DNA from: a virus
Taxonomy: Duplodnaviria > Caudoviricetes
DNA: 59,322 nucleotides
Direction: 5' to 3' (one strand)
IMG/VR virus record: IMGVR_UViG_3300028197_000779
Coordinates: 1-59,322 of that record
A program made the translations under genes and the position numbers. The notes below the pieces were generated by a model that saw only the letters and a list, made by a program, of their open reading frames with translations, was not told where the DNA came from and ran no database searches. Each line of letters starts with the position of its first letter. Positions within the stretch are counted from its first letter, which is position 1. Positions 1 through 8,092 of the stretch are shown in pieces.

Positions 1-27
1 ATTGGGTACAGTTGTCCCACTGTCACA
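1..27 (-). promoter_or_regulatory. Upstream inverted-repeat element of an early promoter (the rest lies beyond the window edge)
   Basis: Minus strand TGTGACAGTGGGACAACTGTACCCAAT matches the motif at 2657, 4640 and 7738. Confidence 0.55.
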
Positions 28-543
28 TTACATCGCATTTATGTATTGCATTATGAAATAATGCTTATCCTCGAAGAAATTGTGATTTGGTGTTGCTATC
101 AGTGGCAGATGAATGAATTGATCAGGAGAAGGTTTTGCAGATGCAGTGATAGTGCTACCCGCTATTTTCACATTGTAGAGTTCACTACCATGACACCATG
201 CAATTTTCATGTTTCTGTAATCAGTGAAGAGATAGTAATCAGCAGCGTGAAATCTATCTAATGATGGTGCTCCATATCCATTTGCTACGATAACACCACG
301 CACCACATTCTTTGCTTTGTTTTTGAATGTAATGCATTTAGATTCGTAGGTCTTAGAGTCCTCAGCACCCAATAGATCTACGCCCTTCCTGTTAACTCTG
401 ATCAGTTGATCATCACTGTATTGTTGCCATGCAAATTCAATCATTCTACCTAAGTCGAAATACTCAGTGGGATCAGTATTACCGCTCAATGTATGCATCA
501 AGCGGGTCATCCTATCAGATTCAAAGCGAGAGAAATCAATCAT
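28..543 (-). CDS. Putative PD-(D/E)xK nuclease
   Basis: 171 aa; GRMIE helix then GVD-x10-ESK; start overlaps the helicase stop (TAATG). Confidence 0.5.
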   Translation of the reverse strand: MIDFSRFESDRMTRLMHTLSGNTDPTEYFDLGRMIEFAWQQYSDDQLIRVNRKGVDLLGAEDSKTYESKCITFKNKAKNVVRGVIVANGYGAPSLDRFHAADYYLFTDYRNMKIAWCHGSELYNVKIAGSTITASAKPSPDQFIHLPLIATPNHNFFEDKHYFIMQYINAM

Positions 544-1781
544 TAAACGAGTGCAGTAGCGGGGACGCCCTTAACAAAGATCTCATCAACAATACGCTGC
601 AGGCGCTTGATCACCTGAGCGCCGTAGTTACGATGAACAGGCACGGTGACGAATCCTGTGGGTTTGTTGTATAGTGCCCACTGCTGAGGCAGCAGGGCAC
701 CGCTCTGAAGGCGCTCAGCGTCGTCACGGTCTAAGCGGATCACCCGCCCGATCGTTTGTGCCATCTCCACTACGTTGAGGTTTCTGAGCATGATGACGTG
801 AGTCAATCCAGGGACGTTGATACCCTCAGACAGAATAGAATAATGAAACAACACGAATTTGCGATCTTTGTCCTTACCCCATTGTGTCAACGTGTCAAAG
901 AATACCTCACGAGATACTTTCGTGCGGTTGACATATGCACCGAATTTAGATGTAATGTGCAACACATCGTAACCACGCACAGACAACTCATGGAGCAAAT
1001 CTGTGTGACCGAGGATGTTACCCAGCACACGACTGGATGGCACTGCGATCAACACTTTACTAGCAGCAGCATCATCAAGACCATCAATCACATCCTGCAC
1101 AGTATTACTGTGTACGAGGTGTGGATTCTTCTTGTCTACGCTGTGATCTGTCTCAAAGGGGACAATCGTAGGGGGGAGAATGTGACCGCCTTCAATCAAC
1201 TCAGGAGCAGGGACATTACACAGGACAGGACCAAACACAGCGACGTTATTCATGCCACGGTCGTGCTTATTGGAGATGCGAGGTGTTGCAGTGAAAAAAT
1301 ACTTCATGTCTGCATGAATAGTCATTGCAGCAACAGGAATGAAGAAATTACGAGTACAAGCGTTGTGTGCTTCGTCGAAGTAAATAGCATCAACATCAAT
1401 GCCACTATCTACAACACGGCGCAAACTGTGGTAGGTAGTGAATATAATGCAGGACTCATTTGCTGCTCGCGCAGTATTATTGAAGAGAGCAAGTTTGTCG
1501 CTCTTAGTAGTAGAGAAATGGTGTGTCTCACCGCTGTGGCAGTGTGCGACGTGTGTCCATGTGCCGCTGATATGGGTCATGAACTCATCGCTCAACTGAT
1601 TAGCGAGCAGGATGCGCGGAGCAACCACGACGATCGTGCGAGGTCCGTGCGTCAGCAGGTGCCGAGCGTGCTCGATCATGACGATTGTCTTGCCGCCACC
1701 CGTAGGGACGATCACCTGACCGTGACCAGTGGCACACAATGCATCGAGAGCGCGGGACTGATGAGGGCGAAGTGTGATCAA
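543..1781 (-). CDS. SF2 DEAD/DEAH helicase (type III Res-like), copy 1
   Basis: LRPHQ, PTGGGKT, FDEAH, FTATP, SEGINV, QTIGRVIR; start placed at TTG 1781 by alignment with paralog 53102-54280. Confidence 0.9.
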   Translation of the reverse strand: MITLRPHQSRALDALCATGHGQVIVPTGGGKTIVMIEHARHLLTHGPRTIVVVAPRILLANQLSDEFMTHISGTWTHVAHCHSGETHHFSTTKSDKLALFNNTARAANESCIIFTTYHSLRRVVDSGIDVDAIYFDEAHNACTRNFFIPVAAMTIHADMKYFFTATPRISNKHDRGMNNVAVFGPVLCNVPAPELIEGGHILPPTIVPFETDHSVDKKNPHLVHSNTVQDVIDGLDDAAASKVLIAVPSSRVLGNILGHTDLLHELSVRGYDVLHITSKFGAYVNRTKVSREVFFDTLTQWGKDKDRKFVLFHYSILSEGINVPGLTHVIMLRNLNVVEMAQTIGRVIRLDRDDAERLQSGALLPQQWALYNKPTGFVTVPVHRNYGAQVIKRLQRIVDEIFVKGVPATALV

Positions 1782-1807
1782 AGTCTTGTTTGTTTGTCGA
1801 TATAACA

Positions 1808-1879
1808 AGTATACAGGAAAACCCATGAAAAAGCACCCCCTAGAGGGTGCTAGTGTGCAGGTTTGTAGATTGTCACACT
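1808..1879 (-). promoter_or_regulatory. Early promoter with upstream inverted repeat
   Basis: -10 TATACT (1808-1813); upstream GTGTGACAATCTACAAACCTGCACAC. Confidence 0.55.
1828..1850 (-). terminator. Intrinsic terminator-like hairpin inside the promoter
   Basis: GCACCCTCTAGGGGGTGC followed by TTTTT. Confidence 0.6.
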
Positions 1880-2040
1880 CATCGATAGTCGCGACACGTC
1901 TCATCGTAACTAGCACCAACAGGGACAGATTCACAAAAACGTGTCATCTTAGCGTCTTGCATCTTGGTGACTGTATCAACTGCGCTGATGCCTATATTAG
2001 CACCAACGATGACAACAATAGCAACGAGGATAAGTCTCAC
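1879..2040 (-). CDS. Small membrane/secreted protein (53 aa, absent from ORF track)
   Basis: GTG start overlaps upstream stop; MRLILVAIVVIVGANIGISAV hydrophobic N-terminus; two Cys. Confidence 0.65.
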   Translation of the reverse strand: MRLILVAIVVIVGANIGISAVDTVTKMQDAKMTRFCESVPVGASYDETCRDYR

Positions 2041-2375
2041 TTAGATGCCTCCAATGCGTTGCGATGCTGATCATCGAAGATTGCTTGAGATACTGGTTGA
2101 TTGATATATTCAAAGATGAATTGCTTGCACTCTTCAATAGTGTCAAATGTGGAGATTTGGGGGAAGAGATACAATAGGATGTGCTCCATAGTATATTGTT
2201 GACGACGTGCATTCACTCTATACTTTGCACCTTCTGCCATGTTTTCAGTGATCTGAAATGCAGGTACTTTGAAGTTGTCCTCATTATAGATGCAGTCAAA
2301 TTGGATGAATACCTCTTCACAAAAGAGGATAGAATCGCTGACCTTGGTGTAGTCGATGTCGATAGTTTCAATCAT
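2037..2375 (-). CDS. Hypothetical protein
   Basis: 112-aa ORF in packed minus-strand array. Confidence 0.7.
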   Translation of the reverse strand: MIETIDIDYTKVSDSILFCEEVFIQFDCIYNEDNFKVPAFQITENMAEGAKYRVNARRQQYTMEHILLYLFPQISTFDTIEECKQFIFEYINQPVSQAIFDDQHRNALEASK

Positions 2376-2408
2376 GATAATGTCAGATAAGGTGATTGGG
2401 AGAGACGC

Positions 2409-2606
2409 TCAAGCGTCGAAAGTCTCGTTGAAAACATCATAAAAGAGATCGAATGCAGCGAGGTCACCAGCGAAGGGACGGGACTGATCTGCAACCCAGT
2501 CGTATGCCATATCTAGATCAGCGTCAGTGCTGAGGAGGAAGGCAGGCAGGTCGCGCAGCGCCTGGATGAAGGAAGAATCGGTAAGAAGCATTGCTTTGTT
2601 TGTCAT
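2409..2606 (-). CDS. Hypothetical early protein
   Basis: 65 aa; start directly after a -10 box, possibly leaderless. Confidence 0.7.
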   Translation of the reverse strand: MTNKAMLLTDSSFIQALRDLPAFLLSTDADLDMAYDWVADQSRPFAGDLAAFDLFYDVFNETFDA

Positions 2607-2612
2607 GCCCTA

Positions 2613-2683
2613 ATGATAGCAGAACGAGGGCACCTGTCTACGTGTTTTCCTGATTTTGGGTACAGTGCCTCGATTGGCACACG
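2613..2683 (-). promoter_or_regulatory. Early sigma70-like promoter with upstream inverted repeat
   Basis: TAGACA-16-TATCAT with TG extension; upstream GTGTGCCAATCGAGGCACTGTACCC. Confidence 0.65.
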
Positions 2684-2686
2684 GTC

Positions 2687-2872
2687 TCAGGTGTCGCTGG
2701 TGAGGTCATCAGGGTGTGCCGTAGAGAGTGCAAGTTGTCTTTGAAGTTCATACTTAACAACGTTAGTATGCTTGAGGATATGCCTGCTGTGCATAAGATC
2801 CTCAGCGATCATCTCAACGTTTCTAATCTGCTGTAACGCAGTTCTCAGTTTATCAGTATTATTCAAAGACAT
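2687..2872 (-). CDS. Hypothetical protein
   Basis: 61-aa helical ORF in array. Confidence 0.65.
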   Translation of the reverse strand: MSLNNTDKLRTALQQIRNVEMIAEDLMHSRHILKHTNVVKYELQRQLALSTAHPDDLTSDT

Positions 2873-2876
2873 TGCA

Positions 2877-3077
2877 TTAACTAATCAAAGTGTTATTGGG
2901 GATGAAGATGAACTCATACTCGCCATCTAGTGGATCGCGACCATTAACAACCCACTCATTTAAGATGCTTTTAGCATCAGTGGGGCGTGAATCTTCGATG
3001 CATAGTCTCATTGCTTCCAGCAATGAATCACCCATGTTATCTAGTGAAGTTTCCTTTTCATCGATGTCGTAATTCAT
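2877..3077 (-). CDS. Hypothetical protein
   Basis: 66 aa; ATGA overlap with upstream ORF. Confidence 0.7.
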   Translation of the reverse strand: MNYDIDEKETSLDNMGDSLLEAMRLCIEDSRPTDAKSILNEWVVNGRDPLDGEYEFIFIPNNTLIS

Positions 3078-3280
3078 GATACTGAGTTGATTGGGTTAGA
3101 ATAGAAATTGACTATTTCACGGTAAAGTGAAACTTGTGGATCTGCTGGTTGTTGTAACTGTGCTTCAATGATATCAAGAATCTCTGCACATTCATCAGCA
3201 GAGTCCTCATCAATCAACACAGCATAGTCCTCAACAGCATCAGCAATTAGTGTTAATTGTCGTTGGGTAAATGTTGCCAT
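3074..3280 (-). CDS. Hypothetical protein
   Basis: 68 aa; AGGA RBS. Confidence 0.7.
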   Translation of the reverse strand: MATFTQRQLTLIADAVEDYAVLIDEDSADECAEILDIIEAQLQQPADPQVSLYREIVNFYSNPINSVS

Positions 3281-3347
3281 GGTGTCCTGATTAGGAGTTT
3301 GTGGGAGGTCTTACGCTTAATACTGTGCTGCCCCCGTTGTTAGTTAA

Positions 3348-3620
3348 TCAACCCACACATGCCATCGGACGATATACATTAGCGGGGATCTTGTCGGTGT
3401 GGTAGTCAGTTACCTCAGCACCACCAGCGAGACGCTCTGCCCACTCATTACGTGCTGTGAGTGCTGTCACTGTGGAATAAGACTGCTGTCCGTTAACACG
3501 AAAGGTGACACACTTAACGAAGCGACGAACTGTGACCTTCATGCCTTTGATGTCACATGACTCAGCGATGAATGCCTCAGGGAAGAAATCAACGATGCAG
3601 ATGTTGTTTGTGAGTTGCAT
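3348..3620 (-). CDS. Hypothetical early protein
   Basis: Start placed at MQLTNN, downstream of the promoter at 3645. Confidence 0.7.
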   Translation of the reverse strand: MQLTNNICIVDFFPEAFIAESCDIKGMKVTVRRFVKCVTFRVNGQQSYSTVTALTARNEWAERLAGGAEVTDYHTDKIPANVYRPMACVG

Positions 3621-3644
3621 GGGGTGCGTTTCTTTGACTCTCTT

Positions 3645-3705
3645 AATATACATGGTTTTGGGGTGCTGTGCCACTATAGTGGACACTTCACGAGGTGGTC
3701 AGTTT
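3645..3705 (-). promoter_or_regulatory. Early promoter with upstream motif
   Basis: -10 TATATT (3645-3650); upstream CTGACCACCTCGTGAAGTGTCCAC. Confidence 0.5.
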
Positions 3706-3909
3706 TGAGAGACTGATCACGAGGAGAAACGACAGCATGATCACCACATCCCACGCTTTTGTACGTATAAAATAGGGCACACTGATTAAATCAGCGATAA
3801 GTTGAATACTTACACCTAGTAAGATATTCACATGGAGGATGATGAAATAGGCAGTAATTACTCCTGCACTGCCTATAACTCGTGCTCTACTATCAAGTGG
3901 CATGGACAT
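3688..3909 (-). CDS. Small membrane protein
   Basis: Start at MSMPLD; 2-3 hydrophobic segments. Confidence 0.7.
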   Translation of the reverse strand: MSMPLDSRARVIGSAGVITAYFIILHVNILLGVSIQLIADLISVPYFIRTKAWDVVIMLSFLLVISLSKLTTS

Positions 3910-4117
3910 GCCAATATGCTTCGCCTTTGATATAATCCCAACCAACACAGTAGGCATCATTTTTACGATAGTACTTACCCTTGCTAGTGAGAGTTTTGTA
4001 GTGGTGTCGGATAACACCATCGGGGTGAGTTTCACTGTTTTTGTAGACCCAAACATTGTAACCTTTCATTCCTTTGTTAACTTGGACAGGAGAAGGGCAA
4101 CCGCCTTTTTTAATCAT
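3893..4117 (-). CDS. Hypothetical protein (alternative start 4069)
   Basis: ORF in array; ATGA overlap. Confidence 0.6.
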   Translation of the reverse strand: MIKKGGCPSPVQVNKGMKGYNVWVYKNSETHPDGVIRHHYKTLTSKGKYYRKNDAYCVGWDYIKGEAYWHVHAT

Positions 4118-4365
4118 GAGTAGGAAACAATTTTGTAGTTGTTGAGATTGTCTTGAATGACTCGATTGTTTGGTGCTAACAAACTACGCTCTAGTCGTAG
4201 TTGCCAACCCTCCACAATGTCATTCTCAGCGATGACAGCGAAACCAAAACATCCTGGAGTTGGCATCATAAACAGACCATGCTTTTCTGCCTCTTGACTA
4301 TTAGCGAAACCTCTCGCCGTGATAGTCCAATCTTTACCAAAGTAAGCACAGATGAAGTCAGTCAT
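4114..4365 (-). CDS. Hypothetical protein
   Basis: 83-aa ORF. Confidence 0.7.
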   Translation of the reverse strand: MTDFICAYFGKDWTITARGFANSQEAEKHGLFMMPTPGCFGFAVIAENDIVEGWQLRLERSLLAPNNRVIQDNLNNYKIVSYS

Positions 4366-4384
4366 TGTTGTTAATTAAGGGTGA

Positions 4385-4579
4385 TCAGAAAGGGTTAGAC
4401 CATGATTCATACTTTCTCAAGGTGATATAACCTTCCTTGCAAAGTGAATCAGTAAAGTATGACCACTCTTCACGCTTTGCAATAGCATCACCACGAAGGC
4501 GAGGATTCTCCAACGTTGAGACCTTCCAATTGTAACGGAACTGCTCTAGTGCTTGTGCTTTGGTGATAGTCCTGATCAT
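4385..4579 (-). CDS. Hypothetical early protein
   Basis: 64 aa; AAGGA RBS; promoter upstream. Confidence 0.75.
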   Translation of the reverse strand: MIRTITKAQALEQFRYNWKVSTLENPRLRGDAIAKREEWSYFTDSLCKEGYITLRKYESWSNPF

Positions 4580-4601
4580 GGTGTCCTTTGCTTATGAATC
4601 A

Positions 4602-4663
4602 ATTATAAGGGGTCAGGGTGCCCCTCTACCACCAATTCATACCAGTTTACGGATTGGCACACT
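4602..4663 (-). promoter_or_regulatory. Early promoter with upstream inverted repeat
   Basis: -10 TATAAT (4602-4607); upstream GTGTGCCAATCCGTAAACTGGTAT. Confidence 0.65.
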
Positions 4664-5164
4664 AGGATAAACTGCTCCCAAACTCACACGATAACCCGTC
4701 TCAGGTCCCTCACCACGGTGCAGCACACTTGAGTTGAATATAACTAAGCGACCTAGTTTCCATTCCACACTATCATCTTCAAACACAGTATTGCCACTAT
4801 TACCATGTCCCATGTAGATAACACTCAAATAATTATCACTATCAGCATCAGTATGATCACACCCTGATTGACCTGCAATCTGAGCATTTAAGAGCACACG
4901 ATGACAGTGACCCACAGTCCATTCTTTACACAAATCATTCCACATGCAGTGATTGAAATATTCAATAAACCACCATGGTTGAATGTCAATAAATTGATCA
5001 TCCTTCACTAACATTGATCCAAAGAATCGTGCTTTCTCGAAATCTGCATACGGTGAGTTATTATACCTAACAGGCATAAACTCCAGATCTGTTGATACCT
5101 TCTCCACCATCCATGGTGGAAAATAGTCATCAACTATCGTTATTTTGTCCTTGGGATGCATCAT
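4637..5164 (-). CDS. 2OG-Fe(II) oxygenase
   Basis: HTD...LHRG...RVSL facial triad and 2OG-binding Arg. Confidence 0.8.
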   Translation of the reverse strand: MMHPKDKITIVDDYFPPWMVEKVSTDLEFMPVRYNNSPYADFEKARFFGSMLVKDDQFIDIQPWWFIEYFNHCMWNDLCKEWTVGHCHRVLLNAQIAGQSGCDHTDADSDNYLSVIYMGHGNSGNTVFEDDSVEWKLGRLVIFNSSVLHRGEGPETGYRVSLGAVYPSVPIRKLV

Positions 5165-5336
5165 GTGCTGAGTCTAATAATTCGTTTAATTCTTTACATT
5201 TTTCAATGCGCTGACTAATACTAATTTCAAGTGATTCACCACTCAATGTAGTGTCACTATATTGTGCCATCATTGCAGATAGATCCGCAATTGCCTTAGC
5301 AACTTTCTCTCCTTCCGCTCTACCGTCCTTCATCAT
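5130..5336 (-). CDS. Hypothetical protein
   Basis: 68-aa ORF in array. Confidence 0.55.
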   Translation of the reverse strand: MMKDGRAEGEKVAKAIADLSAMMAQYSDTTLSGESLEISISQRIEKCKELNELLDSAHDASQGQNNDS

Positions 5337-5526
5337 CTTCTTCCGTGTCCCTGTTAATGATCTCTCGTAATCCTTGCGTGATTAATGTTTGGATTTGCTC
5401 TTCAGTTAAACCCTTAAACATACTGTATCTAGGGTCATTCTCGTCCCATTCTAGTTGAAACGTGCCGTCATCATTAACAGTGACGCCGAGACCATCATTA
5501 GAATCCACGGGGTTGTTGTTTTGCAT
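5320..5526 (-). CDS. Hypothetical protein
   Basis: 68-aa acidic ORF. Confidence 0.65.
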   Translation of the reverse strand: MQNNNPVDSNDGLGVTVNDDGTFQLEWDENDPRYSMFKGLTEEQIQTLITQGLREIINRDTEEDDEGR

Positions 5527-5704
5527 CGATTACCTCAATAGTTTTGATAAATTGGTGATAATTCCACCACGCTGTTTGTGCTTCCTCCCATGAGGATACG
5601 ACCTTCACACTATCATCTTTGCACCATATCTTATAACGGTGTCTGTCATAAGGGGCATCGCTGGTCTGTGTGAAATAGGGTGGCAATTCGTTAGTTGATT
5701 TCAT
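5498..5704 (-). CDS. Hypothetical protein
   Basis: YFTQTSDAPYDRHRY; overlapping array. Confidence 0.65.
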   Translation of the reverse strand: MKSTNELPPYFTQTSDAPYDRHRYKIWCKDDSVKVVSSWEEAQTAWWNYHQFIKTIEVIDAKQQPRGF

Positions 5705-5894
5705 GATAGTCCCAGTCATTGTCATGTGGATAGTCTACCCAAAACCAGAATTCTACATTGTCAAGAGCACTGAAAAACCAGCGATCAGCACGTTTGTGCT
5801 CAAGATAGACTAATGATTTAGAGTTTAGATTGTCGGCAAAGATGGTCTTTGCCTTGTCACTTTTGGGCGTGACTTTACACTTGCCTCTTAACAT
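5691..5894 (-). CDS. Hypothetical protein
   Basis: 67-aa aromatic-rich ORF. Confidence 0.65.
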   Translation of the reverse strand: MLRGKCKVTPKSDKAKTIFADNLNSKSLVYLEHKRADRWFFSALDNVEFWFWVDYPHDNDWDYHEIN

Positions 5895-6175
5895 AGTATA
5901 CCTGCAAGTGGTCCTAGATCGATTTGCATTGATGTGTATGGGCGAGTACTAGCAAAGTCAACTACTTTGCCTGCTTTCTTTGAATTGATAGGAGCGAAGT
6001 AGGTGTGCTTTCTTGTATTGTAGAAACCCCAAATACATCTATTTGGAGCACCTTGATTGAAAACATATTCATGAAGATCACATATCCAAATGGATAGGAC
6101 ATTCTGCTTATGTTGTGTTACCTCATAAGAATAACCTTTTGGTGGGGTGTGAGTGAAACTCTCGGGTAGCATCAT
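5888..6175 (-). CDS. Hypothetical protein
   Basis: FTHTPPKGYSYE...IWGFY; ATGA overlap with MTase stop. Confidence 0.7.
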   Translation of the reverse strand: MMLPESFTHTPPKGYSYEVTQHKQNVLSIWICDLHEYVFNQGAPNRCIWGFYNTRKHTYFAPINSKKAGKVVDFASTRPYTSMQIDLGPLAGILC

Positions 6176-7011
6176 GATAAACGAGTGAGTACATTGTCTG
6201 TCCATGGTAGCACACGATCAGCACACATTTGATGGTATGTTTCATCGATCTCAAAACCGATAAAATTACGATTCTCTTCTAGGCAAACCTGGGCGGTGGT
6301 CCCTGCTCCCATGAAAGGATCGAGAATTGTGTCATTAACATCAGACCATGTGATTATGTGTCCTCGTGCCAACTCTTCAGGCATAGTTGCAGGATGTTTG
6401 TAACTTGCCTTAGATGATTGTCCGAAACCTCCTGAGTTTTTGATCTTCCAAATGTTGGTCCTTACACCATACTCTCGGATGACTTTACTCTTCTTGCCTG
6501 GATCATTCATGGTGCCATCTTTCTTACGAGTCTTAGCATTGCCGAAACTCGTATAACCTGCCCATGCATTCTTCTTATCTTGGATAAGATTAATAGTCTT
6601 GGGTTTACCCTTGGAGAGTATGAAACAATACTCAAAGATCTGAGTATATCTCACACTCTTAGGACCAGATGCAAAGGCAGTCCCAGTCTTCTCATATATC
6701 ATGGTGTCATGTAGTCTGAGACCACATTGATCCATAAAGTATAAGCATTGTCGGAAACTGCTGCCAGTCTCCGATCCTTTGACTGTTGAGTCATTAACAT
6801 TCCACATGATAACACCACCCGTCTTGAGTACACGAGTGATGTTATCTGCTACGCTTTTGAATACCTCATGATCCCATTTACTGCTGTCATTGTAGGTCCT
6901 GAGGTCATCATAAGGAGGGGATGTGACCACAAGATCTACAGATTCAGCATCCATGAGTTGCATCCCTTCGACACAATTCATGAGGTGAGTTTCATTAAGC
7001 GACAGTCTCAT
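6172..7011 (-). CDS. N4-cytosine/N6-adenine DNA methyltransferase, beta class
   Basis: VDLVVTSPPY (motif IV) precedes HPA and ILDPFMGAGTT (motif I); start placed at MRLSLN. Confidence 0.9.
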   Translation of the reverse strand: MRLSLNETHLMNCVEGMQLMDAESVDLVVTSPPYDDLRTYNDSSKWDHEVFKSVADNITRVLKTGGVIMWNVNDSTVKGSETGSSFRQCLYFMDQCGLRLHDTMIYEKTGTAFASGPKSVRYTQIFEYCFILSKGKPKTINLIQDKKNAWAGYTSFGNAKTRKKDGTMNDPGKKSKVIREYGVRTNIWKIKNSGGFGQSSKASYKHPATMPEELARGHIITWSDVNDTILDPFMGAGTTAQVCLEENRNFIGFEIDETYHQMCADRVLPWTDNVLTRLS

Positions 7012-7597
7012 ACTCTGTGTGGATATACTTTGTAGTCTTTCTAATCTTACCATAGATTGGCGTAACGCACAATGCATCCTCTTTGTGGATCCTGAGTTGA
7101 CTGAATCCATTGTTATTCTTGCCTGTCTTTGTCACGCTATCAGACCAACCAGTGGCAGGATTAGTAGCGAGTGACAGGTCAACAATGGCAGCGAATACTT
7201 CAGGGAAGTCATTACCATTCTGCTGCAGTTTGCAGACGAAGATAAGATCAACCTTAGTCTTGCTGTGGTTGTTACCAGTAGCGAAGGATGCACCATCTTT
7301 GCCTAATGTCAACTTATTCTCAATCTCTTTAGCGAGGAGAAGAGCATCATAACCTACAGTCTCTTCAGTGACATAATCGACACCTAGATTCCTGGCAGCG
7401 TCCTCAAGGGCAGGGTTGAAGATGTTGGCAAGCAGTTTTGTCTTATCAACGGTGTTGTCTCCAAAATACTCATCAAGGTCGTTGAAACGACCGCCTGAGA
7501 TGACTGAGAGACCCTTCTGGAGGCGTTTGGTGCTAAGATCGATTGCTGTAGGGATGATGCGGAAGAGGGCATCAGCGAGTTGTGTGTTAGTTGTCAT
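6995..7597 (-). CDS. Putative restriction-endonuclease-like PD-(D/E)xK protein
   Basis: GYD-x8-ENK motif; overlaps the MTase start. Confidence 0.5.
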   Translation of the reverse strand: MTTNTQLADALFRIIPTAIDLSTKRLQKGLSVISGGRFNDLDEYFGDNTVDKTKLLANIFNPALEDAARNLGVDYVTEETVGYDALLLAKEIENKLTLGKDGASFATGNNHSKTKVDLIFVCKLQQNGNDFPEVFAAIVDLSLATNPATGWSDSVTKTGKNNNGFSQLRIHKEDALCVTPIYGKIRKTTKYIHTEYETVA

Positions 7598-7612
7598 TGT
7601 AGTGTTTCTCGG

Positions 7613-7707
7613 TATTAGATGTTGAGTTTATCACCAGCAGTAGAGTTGCCAACTGACTCACTTAGGAGCGGTGAATGGGTGTCCTGTGCCCCTCAACTCA
7701 TCTAATA
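7613..7707 (-). repeat. Inverted-repeat-bounded structured leader (candidate cis-regulatory RNA)
   Basis: TATTAGATGTTGAG (7613-7626) pairs with CTCAACTCATCTAATA (7692-7707); internal TCACC/GGTGA stem and small hairpins. Confidence 0.5.
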
Positions 7708-7763
7708 TAGACCAAAAAACGATGCACGTCAAGTTTGGTGGACAGTTTGCTCAACTGGCACAC
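7704..7763 (-). promoter_or_regulatory. Early sigma70-like promoter with upstream inverted repeat
   Basis: TTGACG-17-TATATT; upstream GTGTGCCAGTTGAGCAAACTGTCCAC. Confidence 0.75.
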
Positions 7764-8092
7764 TACCTCTTGTTGAGATCGGGTAGCATATCATTGCCAG
7801 GATGATCCTCTGTCTTGCCCCTGAATGATTTGTGATCATAGAAGTGCTCATCCTCGATCTCTAGATCGTCCCAATATTGGGGATAGATGCACATACAGCA
7901 TTTGTTGTAGGGTTGTCTATATCCTGGTGGATTTTCTTTCTTTGATATGCATAGAGTGATATATGCATCATCAACAAACTCAATCGTCCCCTCAAATTCT
8001 TTATACCTTGCAGGCATTCCAACTTTAAGAGATTTGAGGATGTTAGAGATTTCTTTAGGCACAGATTCAGAAATTAAGAGTGGGATAGTCAT
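7763..8092 (-). CDS. Hypothetical protein
   Basis: 109 aa; GTIEFVDDAYITLCI beta-rich core. Confidence 0.7.
   Translation of the reverse strand: MTIPLLISESVPKEISNILKSLKVGMPARYKEFEGTIEFVDDAYITLCISKKENPPGYRQPYNKCCMCIYPQYWDDLEIEDEHFYDHKSFRGKTEDHPGNDMLPDLNKR

Noticed and set aside
756-1805. 349-aa plus-strand ORF
   Set aside because: Antisense shadow of the helicase with no motifs. The same applies to 32764-33543, 38206-39063 and the other + ORFs over real genes.
1782-1934. N-terminal extension of helicase copy 1 in the ORF track
   Set aside because: It crosses a promoter, a terminator and another ORF; the paralog supports TTG 1781.
4091-4111. Plus-strand terminator-like hairpin AGGGC-AACC-GCCTT-TTTT
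   Set aside because: Short stem on the non-coding strand, with no credible + gene upstream.
7012-7110. N-terminal extension of the MTase
   Set aside because: It would overlap the upstream gene by over 100 nt; MTase-like sequence begins at MRLSLN.
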